From positions 19,578 to 83,577 of the forward strand of contig DAIDHL010000006.1 of NCBI GenBank assembly GCA_027459745.1: DNA of 64,000 bases, read 5' to 3'. Of the stretch, positions 49,780 through 58,771 are shown one piece after another. The notes under the pieces are model-generated. The model worked only from the letters and a program-made list of their open reading frames with translations. It had not been told where the DNA came from and made no database searches. Each line of letters begins with the position of its first letter. Within the stretch, counting starts at the first letter, position 1. This DNA is from Candidatus Levyibacteriota bacterium (GTDB lineage Bacteria > Patescibacteriota > Microgenomatia > Levybacterales > UBA12049). A program made the translations under genes and the position numbers.

Positions 49780-52085
49780 AGAAATGTTATTTGTTTCAAT
49801 ACATCATCTAAGTTTGTTTTGCTAACAAGATAAAATTTATTTCCATTACCATTTAACTTCTCCCATAATTCACCAAGTTTAACTTTATAGGCAGTATCTT
49901 CATTAGAAAGTCTGTCTTCACCTTTATATTCTAATAACAAATAATCACCGTTTTTTGTTTTTACAATGATATCAGGATAGAATTTTCCTGACTGCCAACC
50001 TTGAAGGTAAAAATCTTCTTTTTCTCTGTTTCTATACCACCATTCAATGTTATCAATAATATCTAGTCTTGAAGCCAACTCAGTTTCTTCTCCATTCAAA
50101 TTTCCTGCCTTTTCAAATAAATGTTTATTGAAGTGTTCTTGAGAAACTCTTGCTAGAGAAATTTCTTTTTCTGGAGTAAAGTAAGCAGAATCAACAGTTA
50201 TTTCTCCTTTGTTCAATAATCCGTCAAACCGCTTTGTCGCATACTCTTGTATTATTTTTGATACTTCTTCTGCTATTCGTTCCTTTAGCCTAAATCTGTT
50301 TAGACTTAATTCTTCTACGCTATGCGTCTTGGATAAATCCTTCATAAGAAGATCAATATATCTTGCCATTTCTTCAGAAGCTATTATTGGTTTCCTCACA
50401 TTTCTTTTAAGCCAGTTAGTTACTTCTTCAAGTGAAAAATCCTCTGGGTAAAGAATTAAAGATAATTTCCCCTGTGTAATTTTGAAAAGTCCATTCTTCT
50501 CGTCAATATCAATTACAGCTTTTCTATTTTGATCTTCGTGGAAGTTGATATCAAACGGTTTGTAATATTCGTCAAGCATAAACTCATTTCCAATTAAATC
50601 TCTATTAAAGGCAAGACTGTCTGTTCTTCCTTTCAATCCAAACATAGGAATGTTAATGTTGTCATCTTTAATTACTTGTTTGTATTCTTCCTTTTCAACA
50701 ACAATTTTTCCTTTGTTTTCCTTTAAGTCCTCTCTAGAGTAGCCATGCTGTTCAAGCCCTTTAATTATTGCGTCTGAGGCTTTCCTAAAATTCTCTGAGG
50801 ATGTAAATACATAGGAGTTGTTGAGTTCTAAGTTTTTCTTTTCTACAGCATTAGGAAGACGCATAATACGTCCTATGGTTTGTTCTACCGCTATTGTAGA
50901 ACCAATGTTAGCTACTGATACTAACACGTAAGCAAATGGACAGTCCCAGCCTTCTTTTAGCGCATTAACTGTAATGATGTAGCGTATATTACATTTAGGT
51001 GATAAAAGATCAATATTACTTATTTCGTCTTGTTTGGAAGTTTTGATTGCAATTTCATTTTCTGAAATTTTAAGCTCGGAAATTAAGAATTCCTTAATTT
51101 GATCAACATAAATTTTACTCTCACTTTCCTTTTCTTGTTCTGCCTGTAGCAACATAATGGGTCTTATGTATTCTTTTGTCTCACGCTTTTCTTTTTGAGC
51201 CAGTTTTTCTAGTTCTTTTAATTGGTTTATTCCATCTCTGATTGTTTCTTGCCATTGAGAAACATTAGATAGCCAAATAGGAATCTTTACCATTTTTTGT
51301 GCTTTTAATTCTGAAGCTGAAATTTCAACTAACACATTGCTTTCTTGCCTTGGTGTGGCAGTGTATTCAATGATAAAGGAGGGGTTAAGATTTTGAAGCA
51401 TCTCAAAAGAAAGTGGGGTTTGAGCATTGTGTCCTTCATCTAATACTACAATAGGCGAATTGATTTTAATAACATTGGCAAGAGAGTAATAAATTCCTCC
51501 TTCTTCGTCTTTATCCAAAAAGTTAGTATCCTCAACAAGATTTTCAAAATGAGAAAGTAAAGCTCCATTACTCTGGAATACTTTTAGCCACAATTTGTCA
51601 TTTCTTCTGAAAGCTGCAAGACTAGAGACAACAATACAAAGGTTATTTTGTATATCTGATTTTTGAATAGAAAGAGCTTCTTCTACGGTAAAAATTTTTA
51701 TATTGTTACCAAACTGAGAATCCAGTGCTTCTCGGTATGGATGGTTTCTGTCTTTTAATGCCTTGAGTGTTTGATTACGAATTGCATCGGATGGGACAAA
51801 CCACATGACAAGTCCTGTTCCATTTTTCTCTTGTAAGTAATTATCAAGGATAACTGATAAGCTATGACAAGCAACGACTGTTTTCCCTCCACCTGTAGGA
51901 ATTTTGATACAAACAAATGGAGTTTCTTCAAGTTGTGGGATAGGTTTATATGCCTTTCCTTCTTCTCCTGCTTTATCTAAAAATGCTAGTCTTATACCTC
52001 TTGAGCCTTTAAGCGTAGAAGCGTCATTAAGGAATTGTTTTAATTCATCAAGTGCTGTTTGTTGGTAAGGTTTTAATTGGAACAT
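49776..52085 (-). CDS. res: Type III restriction enzyme Res subunit (SF2 helicase plus C-terminal PD-(D/E)xK nuclease)
   Basis: Walker A KIPTGGGKTVVA, DEGH box (VVLDEGHNAQT), C-terminal YPDIIV...LLEYKG nuclease motif. Confidence 0.8.
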   Translation of the reverse strand: MFQLKPYQQTALDELKQFLNDASTLKGSRGIRLAFLDKAGEEGKAYKPIPQLEETPFVCIKIPTGGGKTVVACHSLSVILDNYLQEKNGTGLVMWFVPSDAIRNQTLKALKDRNHPYREALDSQFGNNIKIFTVEEALSIQKSDIQNNLCIVVSSLAAFRRNDKLWLKVFQSNGALLSHFENLVEDTNFLDKDEEGGIYYSLANVIKINSPIVVLDEGHNAQTPLSFEMLQNLNPSFIIEYTATPRQESNVLVEISASELKAQKMVKIPIWLSNVSQWQETIRDGINQLKELEKLAQKEKRETKEYIRPIMLLQAEQEKESESKIYVDQIKEFLISELKISENEIAIKTSKQDEISNIDLLSPKCNIRYIITVNALKEGWDCPFAYVLVSVANIGSTIAVEQTIGRIMRLPNAVEKKNLELNNSYVFTSSENFRKASDAIIKGLEQHGYSREDLKENKGKIVVEKEEYKQVIKDDNINIPMFGLKGRTDSLAFNRDLIGNEFMLDEYYKPFDINFHEDQNRKAVIDIDEKNGLFKITQGKLSLILYPEDFSLEEVTNWLKRNVRKPIIASEEMARYIDLLMKDLSKTHSVEELSLNRFRLKERIAEEVSKIIQEYATKRFDGLLNKGEITVDSAYFTPEKEISLARVSQEHFNKHLFEKAGNLNGEETELASRLDIIDNIEWWYRNREKEDFYLQGWQSGKFYPDIIVKTKNGDYLLLEYKGEDRLSNEDTAYKVKLGELWEKLNGNGNKFYLVSKTNLDDVLKQITFL

Positions 52086-52086
52086 A

Positions 52087-53715
52087 TTAGAATTTCTTTA
52101 GCTCGTAAGGAATTTGCTTAAAGATAATATTGTTTTTCAAGCAAAATTCTTCATCCAATAGGCACTTATCTGCATAAATTACTTTAATCCCATCTTGAGC
52201 AAGCATAGGTTTCACTGATTTATCATCCAAGACATTTTTACCATTACTTGAGAATAAGAGAAAGTAATGACTTTGTCCCATACTCCCAAGATATGGATTT
52301 TTAATAGAGGTTAAATCAAGGTAGTCATGAGTCTCGGTAAAGTAAATGTATGAGGCTAAATCTTCATATTGAGAGTTTGGATTAATAAAACCACTATTAT
52401 CAAAAAGTTCTCCATTTAATTCAAGATATTGAAAACCTTGTCCTGTTCCATCTGGATATTTTGCTCCTTCATAACCTTCAATGACTTTTTGCAATCTCTT
52501 TGCGGTGACGTTTCTCGCGATATTCTTTTCAAGCTCAATAAGAATAAATCTTCTGTTACCACCATCCTCATTATTTGATTCAAGAACAGCTTGACCTGTT
52601 GTGCCAGAGCCAGCAAAAGAGTCTAAGTATATTCCATCCGGATCCCCCATGAGTTGAATAACTTTGTTTATCAATCCTACTGGTTTGGGAAATGGAAATT
52701 GTTCTCTTAAACCCATGAACCGAAGTTGTGTAGTTCCTTGCTCAGTTATTACCTCCGTTTCATCCCATATAGTCTTAGCACTTACATTAGCATTTCTATA
52801 TTTCTCAAATATTCTCCACTCTCCCGTTTGTTTTTGCTTAGCATAGATAACATCTGTTGACTCATTTTTAGTATTTTCATTTAATTTTTTACCACTCCAC
52901 CTCCAGCAACTTTCTTCATTTCTACTATTAAGTGGTAAAACTTCAACGCTAAACTCCTTACTCTTTTCATTAGATACTGGTGAAAATCCATTTTCATCTT
53001 TCTTTTGAGGGTTTACATAGATTGGATAATAGAGATTGGGTCGGTTAAATCGTCCAAATTTTGGATTACGATTTCTTAACTCTCTACTAGAAAAATCCCC
53101 GATCCTATCTTTTTCAGGCAAATGCCCTTCATCTGCATTTAATTGGTATAATTTTGTCTTGTTAGTTTTTGAATAACAAAGGAGATATTCATGTGTTTTT
53201 GCTAATTGCTTAAAGGTATGACCACGTTTATTTGATTGAACAATTATTTGAGCTTGGAAATTATTTTCTCCGAAAATTTCATCCAAAATTAATCTTAGAT
53301 AATGAACCTCATTGTCATCAATTGAAACAAAAATTGCTCCATCATCAGAGAGAAGTTCATATAGAAGTTTTAGACGTGGATACATCATGCAAAGCCATTT
53401 ATCATGTCTACACAAATCTTCACCTTCTGCGCCAACGACCTCATTAAGCCATGCTCTAATTTGAGGTGAATTTACCTTGTCATTGTAAACCCATTCTTCA
53501 TTTCCAGTATTGTAGGGGGGATCAATATAAACGCATTTGACTTTGTTGTAATAAAAGGGCATCAATGCTTTGAGAGCCTCAAGGTTATCTCCTTCAATTA
53601 GGAGATTCTCAGAACCATCAACAGATAACGCTTTATTTGGTTTTAACACTCTAAATGGCAGGTCTTTATCGTGGTTTTCTACCTTATCTTTTCCAATCCA
53701 TGTAAATTGTGGCAT
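52087..53715 (-). CDS. mod: Type III Mod DNA methyltransferase (beta-class amino-MTase)
   Basis: Motif IV VYIDPPYNTGN precedes motif I DSFAGSGTTGQA; 1-nt gap to res. Confidence 0.8.
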   Translation of the reverse strand: MPQFTWIGKDKVENHDKDLPFRVLKPNKALSVDGSENLLIEGDNLEALKALMPFYYNKVKCVYIDPPYNTGNEEWVYNDKVNSPQIRAWLNEVVGAEGEDLCRHDKWLCMMYPRLKLLYELLSDDGAIFVSIDDNEVHYLRLILDEIFGENNFQAQIIVQSNKRGHTFKQLAKTHEYLLCYSKTNKTKLYQLNADEGHLPEKDRIGDFSSRELRNRNPKFGRFNRPNLYYPIYVNPQKKDENGFSPVSNEKSKEFSVEVLPLNSRNEESCWRWSGKKLNENTKNESTDVIYAKQKQTGEWRIFEKYRNANVSAKTIWDETEVITEQGTTQLRFMGLREQFPFPKPVGLINKVIQLMGDPDGIYLDSFAGSGTTGQAVLESNNEDGGNRRFILIELEKNIARNVTAKRLQKVIEGYEGAKYPDGTGQGFQYLELNGELFDNSGFINPNSQYEDLASYIYFTETHDYLDLTSIKNPYLGSMGQSHYFLLFSSNGKNVLDDKSVKPMLAQDGIKVIYADKCLLDEEFCLKNNIIFKQIPYELKKF

Positions 53716-53760
53716 AATTACCTTTTCATCTTACCACAGGAATAATTATCTTCAAAGAGG

Positions 53761-53779
53761 AAACTCTAAGGTCTTAGAC
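53761..53779. repeat. 19-bp motif AAACTCTAAGGTCTTAGAC (palindromic core CTAAG-gt-CTTAG), copy 1, 46 nt upstream of mod
   Basis: Exact inverted copy at 56129-56147. Confidence 0.7.
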
Positions 53780-54034
53780 TGTCGAAGGGTAAAGAGCATC
53801 AACAGGTACTTCCAAAGCCTTGGCTATACGATATAGCGTATAACTGGAAGGAGTACGCTTGGCTACTTCAATCAAGTTGATATATGTGCGGTAGAATTGG
53901 CATTTACTTGCCAGTTCTTCTTGTGACAACCCTTTTTTTGTTCGAGCTTTCTTGATGTTATCTCCAATAATCTCTGTGAACTTCTGTTTGCTAAGCATGC
54001 TTCCATTGTCAGAAATAATCGCACTATTGTACAA
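53774..54034 (-). CDS. XRE-family HTH transcriptional regulator (candidate controller/C-protein or satellite repressor)
   Basis: IKKARTKKGLSQEELASKCQFYRTYINLIEVAKRTPSSYTLYRIAKALEV HTH_3 pattern; 86 aa. Confidence 0.7.
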   Translation of the reverse strand: MYNSAIISDNGSMLSKQKFTEIIGDNIKKARTKKGLSQEELASKCQFYRTYINLIEVAKRTPSSYTLYRIAKALEVPVDALYPSTV

Positions 54035-54100
54035 CGCACTATTAGTCAGTTTGTATCTTGATTTTCTTGTTAAACCAATTTATTATGAAAAGTAAGAGGT

Positions 54101-54718
54101 ATGAGACCTGAATCAATTTATAGACCGATTTATCTTTGGTTAAGCAATCAGCCAAAGTGGTTGCAGATTGGTGTTCCCCTAGTTGTTTTAGTATTATCGT
54201 TTATTGTTCTTCAATGGTTTGGATTGATAGTCATGGCTGCTGTTTTAGTCTTTACGTTTGTCTATGGACGCAAAGACCCTGATGTCAGTAGGCGCTTTAC
54301 GATTAAATACATCACAGGTTTGTCAAAGTTTTCAAAACCAATGAGCAATATGGCTCTATATATTGATGAAGATGGATTACGCTTCAAATATCCATTACGA
54401 GGCGAGGTAAAAGTTGCTTACGACACAATCAGTAAGATGGAAGCTGAAACAAAAACACAAATTACCAGAACCGCAAGTATGCTCAAGGGTGCAGTTGGAT
54501 TAGCTCTTGCTGGTCCCTTGGGAGCCATGATAGGTATGGGCATAGGTAGTAAACATGACGATTCACAATATTTTGTTACGGTGGTTTACAAAGATGAACT
54601 AGGAGAAGATAACCTTATTGTTTTGCAACAAAGTGGGATGATGTCCGCAAATGCGTATGAGGTTGTATCCGCTATGAAAGAGGCAAGGAAAAGGTATATA
54701 CTCTCACATAAAAATTAG
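54101..54718 (+). CDS. Hypothetical membrane protein (2 N-terminal TM helices, a C-terminal Gly-rich helix)
   Basis: ORF; 2-nt gap to the FtsK-gamma-like gene. Confidence 0.3.
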   Translation: MRPESIYRPIYLWLSNQPKWLQIGVPLVVLVLSFIVLQWFGLIVMAAVLVFTFVYGRKDPDVSRRFTIKYITGLSKFSKPMSNMALYIDEDGLRFKYPLRGEVKVAYDTISKMEAETKTQITRTASMLKGAVGLALAGPLGAMIGMGIGSKHDDSQYFVTVVYKDELGEDNLIVLQQSGMMSANAYEVVSAMKEARKRYILSHKN

Positions 54719-54719
54719 T

Positions 54720-54923
54720 TTGCTTATGGATAGTGCTTTGTATTTGGCTGCAAAAAATATATTCAAAGATGAAGTTTCTATTAGCACCGCTACACTTCAA
54801 CGATATTTCCAGGTTCCATATTACCAAGCCCGAGTAGTTTTAGATAGCCTCATTCGAATTGGATTTTGTGAGGAACAAGTTGGAAGTAAGCCTTGTCGGG
54901 TTATATCAAATGAAAAAAACTAA
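54720..54923 (+). CDS. Standalone FtsK-gamma (winged-helix, KOPS-binding-like) domain protein
   Basis: SISTATLQRYFQVPYYQARVVLDSLIRIGFCEEQVGSKPCRVI resembles the FtsK gamma consensus ...ASTS.LQRRL.IGYNRAAR..D.ME..G.V...GSKPREVL. Confidence 0.5.
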   Translation: MLMDSALYLAAKNIFKDEVSISTATLQRYFQVPYYQARVVLDSLIRIGFCEEQVGSKPCRVISNEKN

Positions 54924-55006
54924 GAAAGAAGTAGATAAAGAGGTTGATTTGTTTGCAGAACAATTCGCAAGGTTGCTTATCGAACAAGTTAGGTGGAAAA
55001 GAAACA

Positions 55007-55306
55007 ATGGATTGGCTAACACCACAACTAAGAAAAAAAGTAAGGGAAGTCTTTGAGCCACGGTATAAACGGAAGTTAACTGAAGCTGAGGTTGAAGAAA
55101 TCGCAGATAATTTAAGCGAAGTGGTTGAAGTTATTCTCAATTCAAATGGAGGCAAAAATATAGCAATGACAATACTGGAGGCAAGAAAGAAGCTAGGGGA
55201 AAAAGCAGATAAGTACACAGATGTCCAGCTTCAGAAAATAATAAATATGCTTACAATTTTGTGTAGTAAAACAATTGATTTAGTTATAGAAAAAACAGAA
55301 AAATAA
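55007..55306 (+). CDS. Hypothetical 99-aa acidic protein
   Basis: ATG at 55007 in frame within the ORF that the track starts at 54944. Confidence 0.3.
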   Translation: MDWLTPQLRKKVREVFEPRYKRKLTEAEVEEIADNLSEVVEVILNSNGGKNIAMTILEARKKLGEKADKYTDVQLQKIINMLTILCSKTIDLVIEKTEK

Positions 55307-55373
55307 CAGGGTTCTCATAAAACTTGTGTCCTTACGTAGGTATTCATGCAAGGAAGTGAACTCACCCGCAAAG

Positions 55374-55406
55374 AAAACCGAGGTTCTAGCCGATCTCGGT
55401 TTTTTG
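55374..55406. terminator. Bidirectional rho-independent terminator AAAACCGAG-gttctagccgat-CTCGGTTTTTT between convergent genes
   Basis: GC stem with A-run upstream and T-run downstream. Confidence 0.6.
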
Positions 55407-55511
55407 TTTGAGTACCCTCTTAAAAATACGAACGCCTTGGATTCTGGTTGCTCCGTAGAAGTACGTTTTAGCAATTAGGATAATATGAGTGGTTTGAGGA
55501 TAAAAAGGCTT

Positions 55512-56096
55512 TTACAAGCTATCCTGAGCTGTTTGGCTACTTTGTCTTTTCGCTTCTTGCTCTTTCAACCATTCTGCTTCTTCCTCCGCAGTTTGAATAA
55601 TCCTGTATGGAGGTAAGGGCTGCCCATTAGCCCAAGTCATGTGAACTGGTGGTTTTGGTTGTGTGCCTATGTTTACAACAGTATTTTGAACTTGTTCTGG
55701 TTTATCAAATGGAATTCCAAGTCCAAGCGCTTCTAAGCGTAACCCTTCTACTAAGTAGCTGAGAACATCTTTTGCGCTTTGGGGTTCTAGTCCTTCCTCT
55801 GCGAGTAGACGCAGGGCTTTGCTTGAAATTAGCCTACCTACATCCAATTGTTTTTTGCGGTAAATGGTTACATCATTAATAGCTTCTTTTTGTATGCGCT
55901 TATATATTCCTTGAAGCACCTCCGCACGTTTTCGTGGCCATCCGTCCCTGTACCCCTTGTACTCAATTAGCCTCAATTGAATATTGTGCTTTTCTGCGAG
56001 TTTCTGGTAAGACATTTTCTCGTCCGTAACGTAATCATAAAAGATTTGATTCCAGTCAATTTGTTGTTCGGTGGTAGAATTTTCCATTCTACCCAT
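55512..56096 (-). CDS. Possible terminase small subunit-like / HTH DNA-binding protein
   Basis: N-terminal SYQKLAEKHNIQLRLIEYKGYRDGWPRKRAEVL HTH-like segment; about 190 aa; weak. Confidence 0.3.
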   Translation of the reverse strand: MGRMENSTTEQQIDWNQIFYDYVTDEKMSYQKLAEKHNIQLRLIEYKGYRDGWPRKRAEVLQGIYKRIQKEAINDVTIYRKKQLDVGRLISSKALRLLAEEGLEPQSAKDVLSYLVEGLRLEALGLGIPFDKPEQVQNTVVNIGTQPKPPVHMTWANGQPLPPYRIIQTAEEEAEWLKEQEAKRQSSQTAQDSL

Positions 56097-56128
56097 ATTT
56101 TACCCCTAAGTTGTCAAGTTTTTTTAAT

Positions 56129-56147
56129 GTCTAAGACCTTAGAGTTT
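56129..56147. repeat. 19-bp motif copy 2 (GTCTAAGACCTTAGAGTTT, the reverse complement of copy 1) in the promoter region of the 55512-56096 gene
   Basis: Exact match to 53761-53779 in inverted orientation. Confidence 0.7.
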
Positions 56148-56219
56148 TTATATACCAGACATATAAATTAAACTTTTCATCACTGGCTCCTAATTGTGAT
56201 TAAGAACCAGAGTCAAAAG

Positions 56220-56534
56220 CTAATTTTTAGAATTAACTTTGAGACTGTAAATGTCTAGTTCATCAGTCTCGATATCATGTTTTTTATTCATTTCATCCCA
56301 TGCTTGTTCAACCTCTTGGGATAGAGCTTCTGCCACCCTTACTTCAAGAATTAGCATTTGGTAATCAAATAGTGTATCTGTACTGACTTTGTGTGCCTCC
56401 GTTTTTTTCAGTTCTTTTATGAGAGCGAGCTTTGCTTCATGACAATATGCTTTGTGATTTTTGACATATTCGTTTAATGCATCATCAACTGTTTCTAGCT
56501 CACATTCGTCAAGATTGCTAAATTTGTTTTGCAT
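56220..56534 (-). CDS. Hypothetical acidic 104-aa protein
   Basis: ORF only. Confidence 0.3.
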   Translation of the reverse strand: MQNKFSNLDECELETVDDALNEYVKNHKAYCHEAKLALIKELKKTEAHKVSTDTLFDYQMLILEVRVAEALSQEVEQAWDEMNKKHDIETDELDIYSLKVNSKN

Positions 56535-57704
56535 TGTTTCTCACCCCCTTTCTCAGAATTTTGAATTTGTGTATTTTCATGCGAGGTTACATAACCCATT
56601 GCAGTCTTTGTTTTTATTTCAGGTTCAAGATTGTCGTAATATCTAATCATTTCTGTTCGAAAATCATCACCTCTACCTAATTCATTACGAGTTTTCTCAA
56701 GATTACGAAGAAACAATTCTTTTGATCCAGTTTTTATGCAACGTCTAGCAACTCCTTTTAATTGACGTATTTTGTATTCTTCTTCAACCTTACGTTTACT
56801 CTCCCACCATTTCTTAATTCCTTCGGGAGTATTTTCAACCTTACCATTATCAATAGCCCACTGTAGTTGAATTTCTGCTGTTGATTTTTGGTGTATGATT
56901 TTTTCAACCTCTCCGTTTTGAATACCAGTTTTCACGAATGATTCAATCGCTGCTTTATAATCTGAATACTTTTTGCCATTTGCCCGACAATATAATTCCA
57001 GTTCATCCTTCTTTTTTATCACTGCATTTAATGAGACACTAAGCCTTGTAGCAATTTCTTCTAAATCGTCCTCCTGTATTTGTTCAAGTTGTGAATATTT
57101 TCTGATACCCCTCACTACTTTTGATGTATTAATTACTTTAGCTTTTGGGTTTACTTCTGAGGTTGGTTTCACTCCAATGCTAGGAATGACATTACTTATA
57201 GGATGGTTATCAGTAAAAAAATTATTTGGCTTTTTTGTATTTAAGTTACTATCTTTAGTATTTGTATTCGGAAACTCCATGCTCTGGTTATCAGGGGTAT
57301 TGGATTGTAAATCACCACTATCCGGATTTTCAGGTGTATGGTTTTGATTAGGGTAAAAATAATTGACCTTAATGTAATGTCCCACTATTCTCCCATGTTT
57401 GTCCTTTCTGGTCACAGACTCTATAAATCCTTCTTTCAAAAGAACTTCTTTTGCCAAGCCAAATTTGTCTTTTCCCCATCCAAGTCCTTTTCGACAGTAT
57501 GTATCGGTTGCATGGATATTGTCTCTGTGTCCATATTTTTGTGATTGCCATAATGCAGTAAGGTAATAGTGGTTGTACAACTGTGTAGCATTAGCGCCAA
57601 GTTTGTGGAGCCGAATGAAAGTAGCCATAGGTATGGATACAGTATTTTGGTTAATTACATTAAATTGTTCAATAATGTCATCATTCTGTTTCATATAGAG
57701 CCTC
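56495..57704 (-). CDS. Putative replication initiator / replisome-organiser-like protein
   Basis: Start at ATG 57704 with SD GAAGGGAGG; N-terminal winged-helix-like segment (ATFIRLHKLGANATQLYNHYYLTALWQ); adjacent AT-rich, repeat-containing non-coding region. Confidence 0.3.
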
Positions 57705-58189
57705 CCTTCATACAAAAAAAGCGATACCAACTACTTCAGTTGATACCGCCGGGCGATTACTCGCTTCATCGGATTTGTGTTGTATTAGCTTGCCATAAAA
57801 AAATCCGCTTTGTGCTAGCTCTTAGGGAAGGCTCTGTGGTTAGCCAAGAGCAAGCACGAAACGGACTTTTACCACAGCTATTACCCTAATCTATTTATAA
57901 ATTAAATTTATTCGAATGTCAACGATTAGATTGATATAGCAACATAATCGTTAATAATATTATTAACTAAAATTATGAATCGAAATTATATATTGAAATA
58001 TAATTGGTAACGCAGTAGTATGATTTGATAGTAGGGGTTTCATAATACAGGTATGGCGTATTGGAAATTCGTTTCCTTTACAGCGGTTCTAAAATCCTGT
58101 ATCCAAGTACCCACTTTTTTAAATATTATCGGATCAATTATCTTCATTTCTTACACGTTTTTGGTACAATTTGTATTAATATTAGCCTG

Positions 58190-58756
58190 ATGAAGATTGC
58201 TTTGTTTGGTGGACGTTTTGATCCAGTTCACAATGGTCATATTGCTGTTGCAAAAGAAATTTTGAAGTTACAAATTGCCGATCAGGTTTGGCTCCTTCCT
58301 GACGCAGCTCATCAGTGGAATCCTATTGTCGCTAGTTCTGCTGACCGGGTTGAAATGTTAAAATTAGCGATTAAAAATGAAAAAAACCTCAAGGTTAATT
58401 TAACAGCAATTGATTTAGGTGGATCAACGGAAACGATTAAAGTTCTACATGCCTTAAAAAATAAATACGATCACGAATTTGTTTTCGTTGGAGGTTCTGA
58501 TCAGTTGCCTAGTTTGCATAAATGGACACATTGGGAGCAGCTAGAAAAAGAATTACCTTTTATCATCGTCAATCGAAAAAATTACCCTATTCAACATAAC
58601 TTCACTAACGTTCAAGTTATTAACGATATTGACTATGAGCCGTTAGAAGATTCCTCTACGAGAATAAGATCATTGTTGAGTCATCATCAATCAATTAAGG
58701 GTTTGGTTAATCCAGAGGTGGAAGAATATATTGCACAGAAAAAATTATATGTGTAA
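58190..58756 (+). CDS. nadD: Nicotinate-nucleotide adenylyltransferase
   Basis: MKIALFGGRFDPVHNGHIAVAKEI (HxGH), later ISSTRIR-type block (SSTRIRS); start at the internal ATG 58190. Confidence 0.8.
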   Translation: MKIALFGGRFDPVHNGHIAVAKEILKLQIADQVWLLPDAAHQWNPIVASSADRVEMLKLAIKNEKNLKVNLTAIDLGGSTETIKVLHALKNKYDHEFVFVGGSDQLPSLHKWTHWEQLEKELPFIIVNRKNYPIQHNFTNVQVINDIDYEPLEDSSTRIRSLLSHHQSIKGLVNPEVEEYIAQKKLYV

Positions 58757-58771
58757 TATTAAAGATTAAAT

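Larger units (their letters stand above)
42582..57900. mobile_element. Roughly 15-kb integrative element (phage-satellite/defence-island-like) adjacent to tRNA-His: large serine recombinase, CBASS-like pair, resolvase, unknowns, Type III R-M, HTH regulator, FtsK-gamma, TerS-like and Rep-like genes. The right boundary is approximate
   Basis: Recombinase ORF overlaps tRNA-His antisense; cargo is defence-rich; housekeeping nadD/nadE resume at 58.2 kb. Confidence 0.45.

Noticed and set aside
54859-55056. 65-aa ORF overlapping the end of the FtsK-gamma-like gene
   Set aside because: Out-of-frame overlap with two better-supported genes. A shorter internal start (MKKTKKEV.., 54910) could encode a 48-aa basic peptide but there is no supporting signal.
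57569-57889. 106-aa plus-strand ORF
   Set aside because: Overlaps the Rep-like gene start and the structured intergenic region; no RBS or start context.
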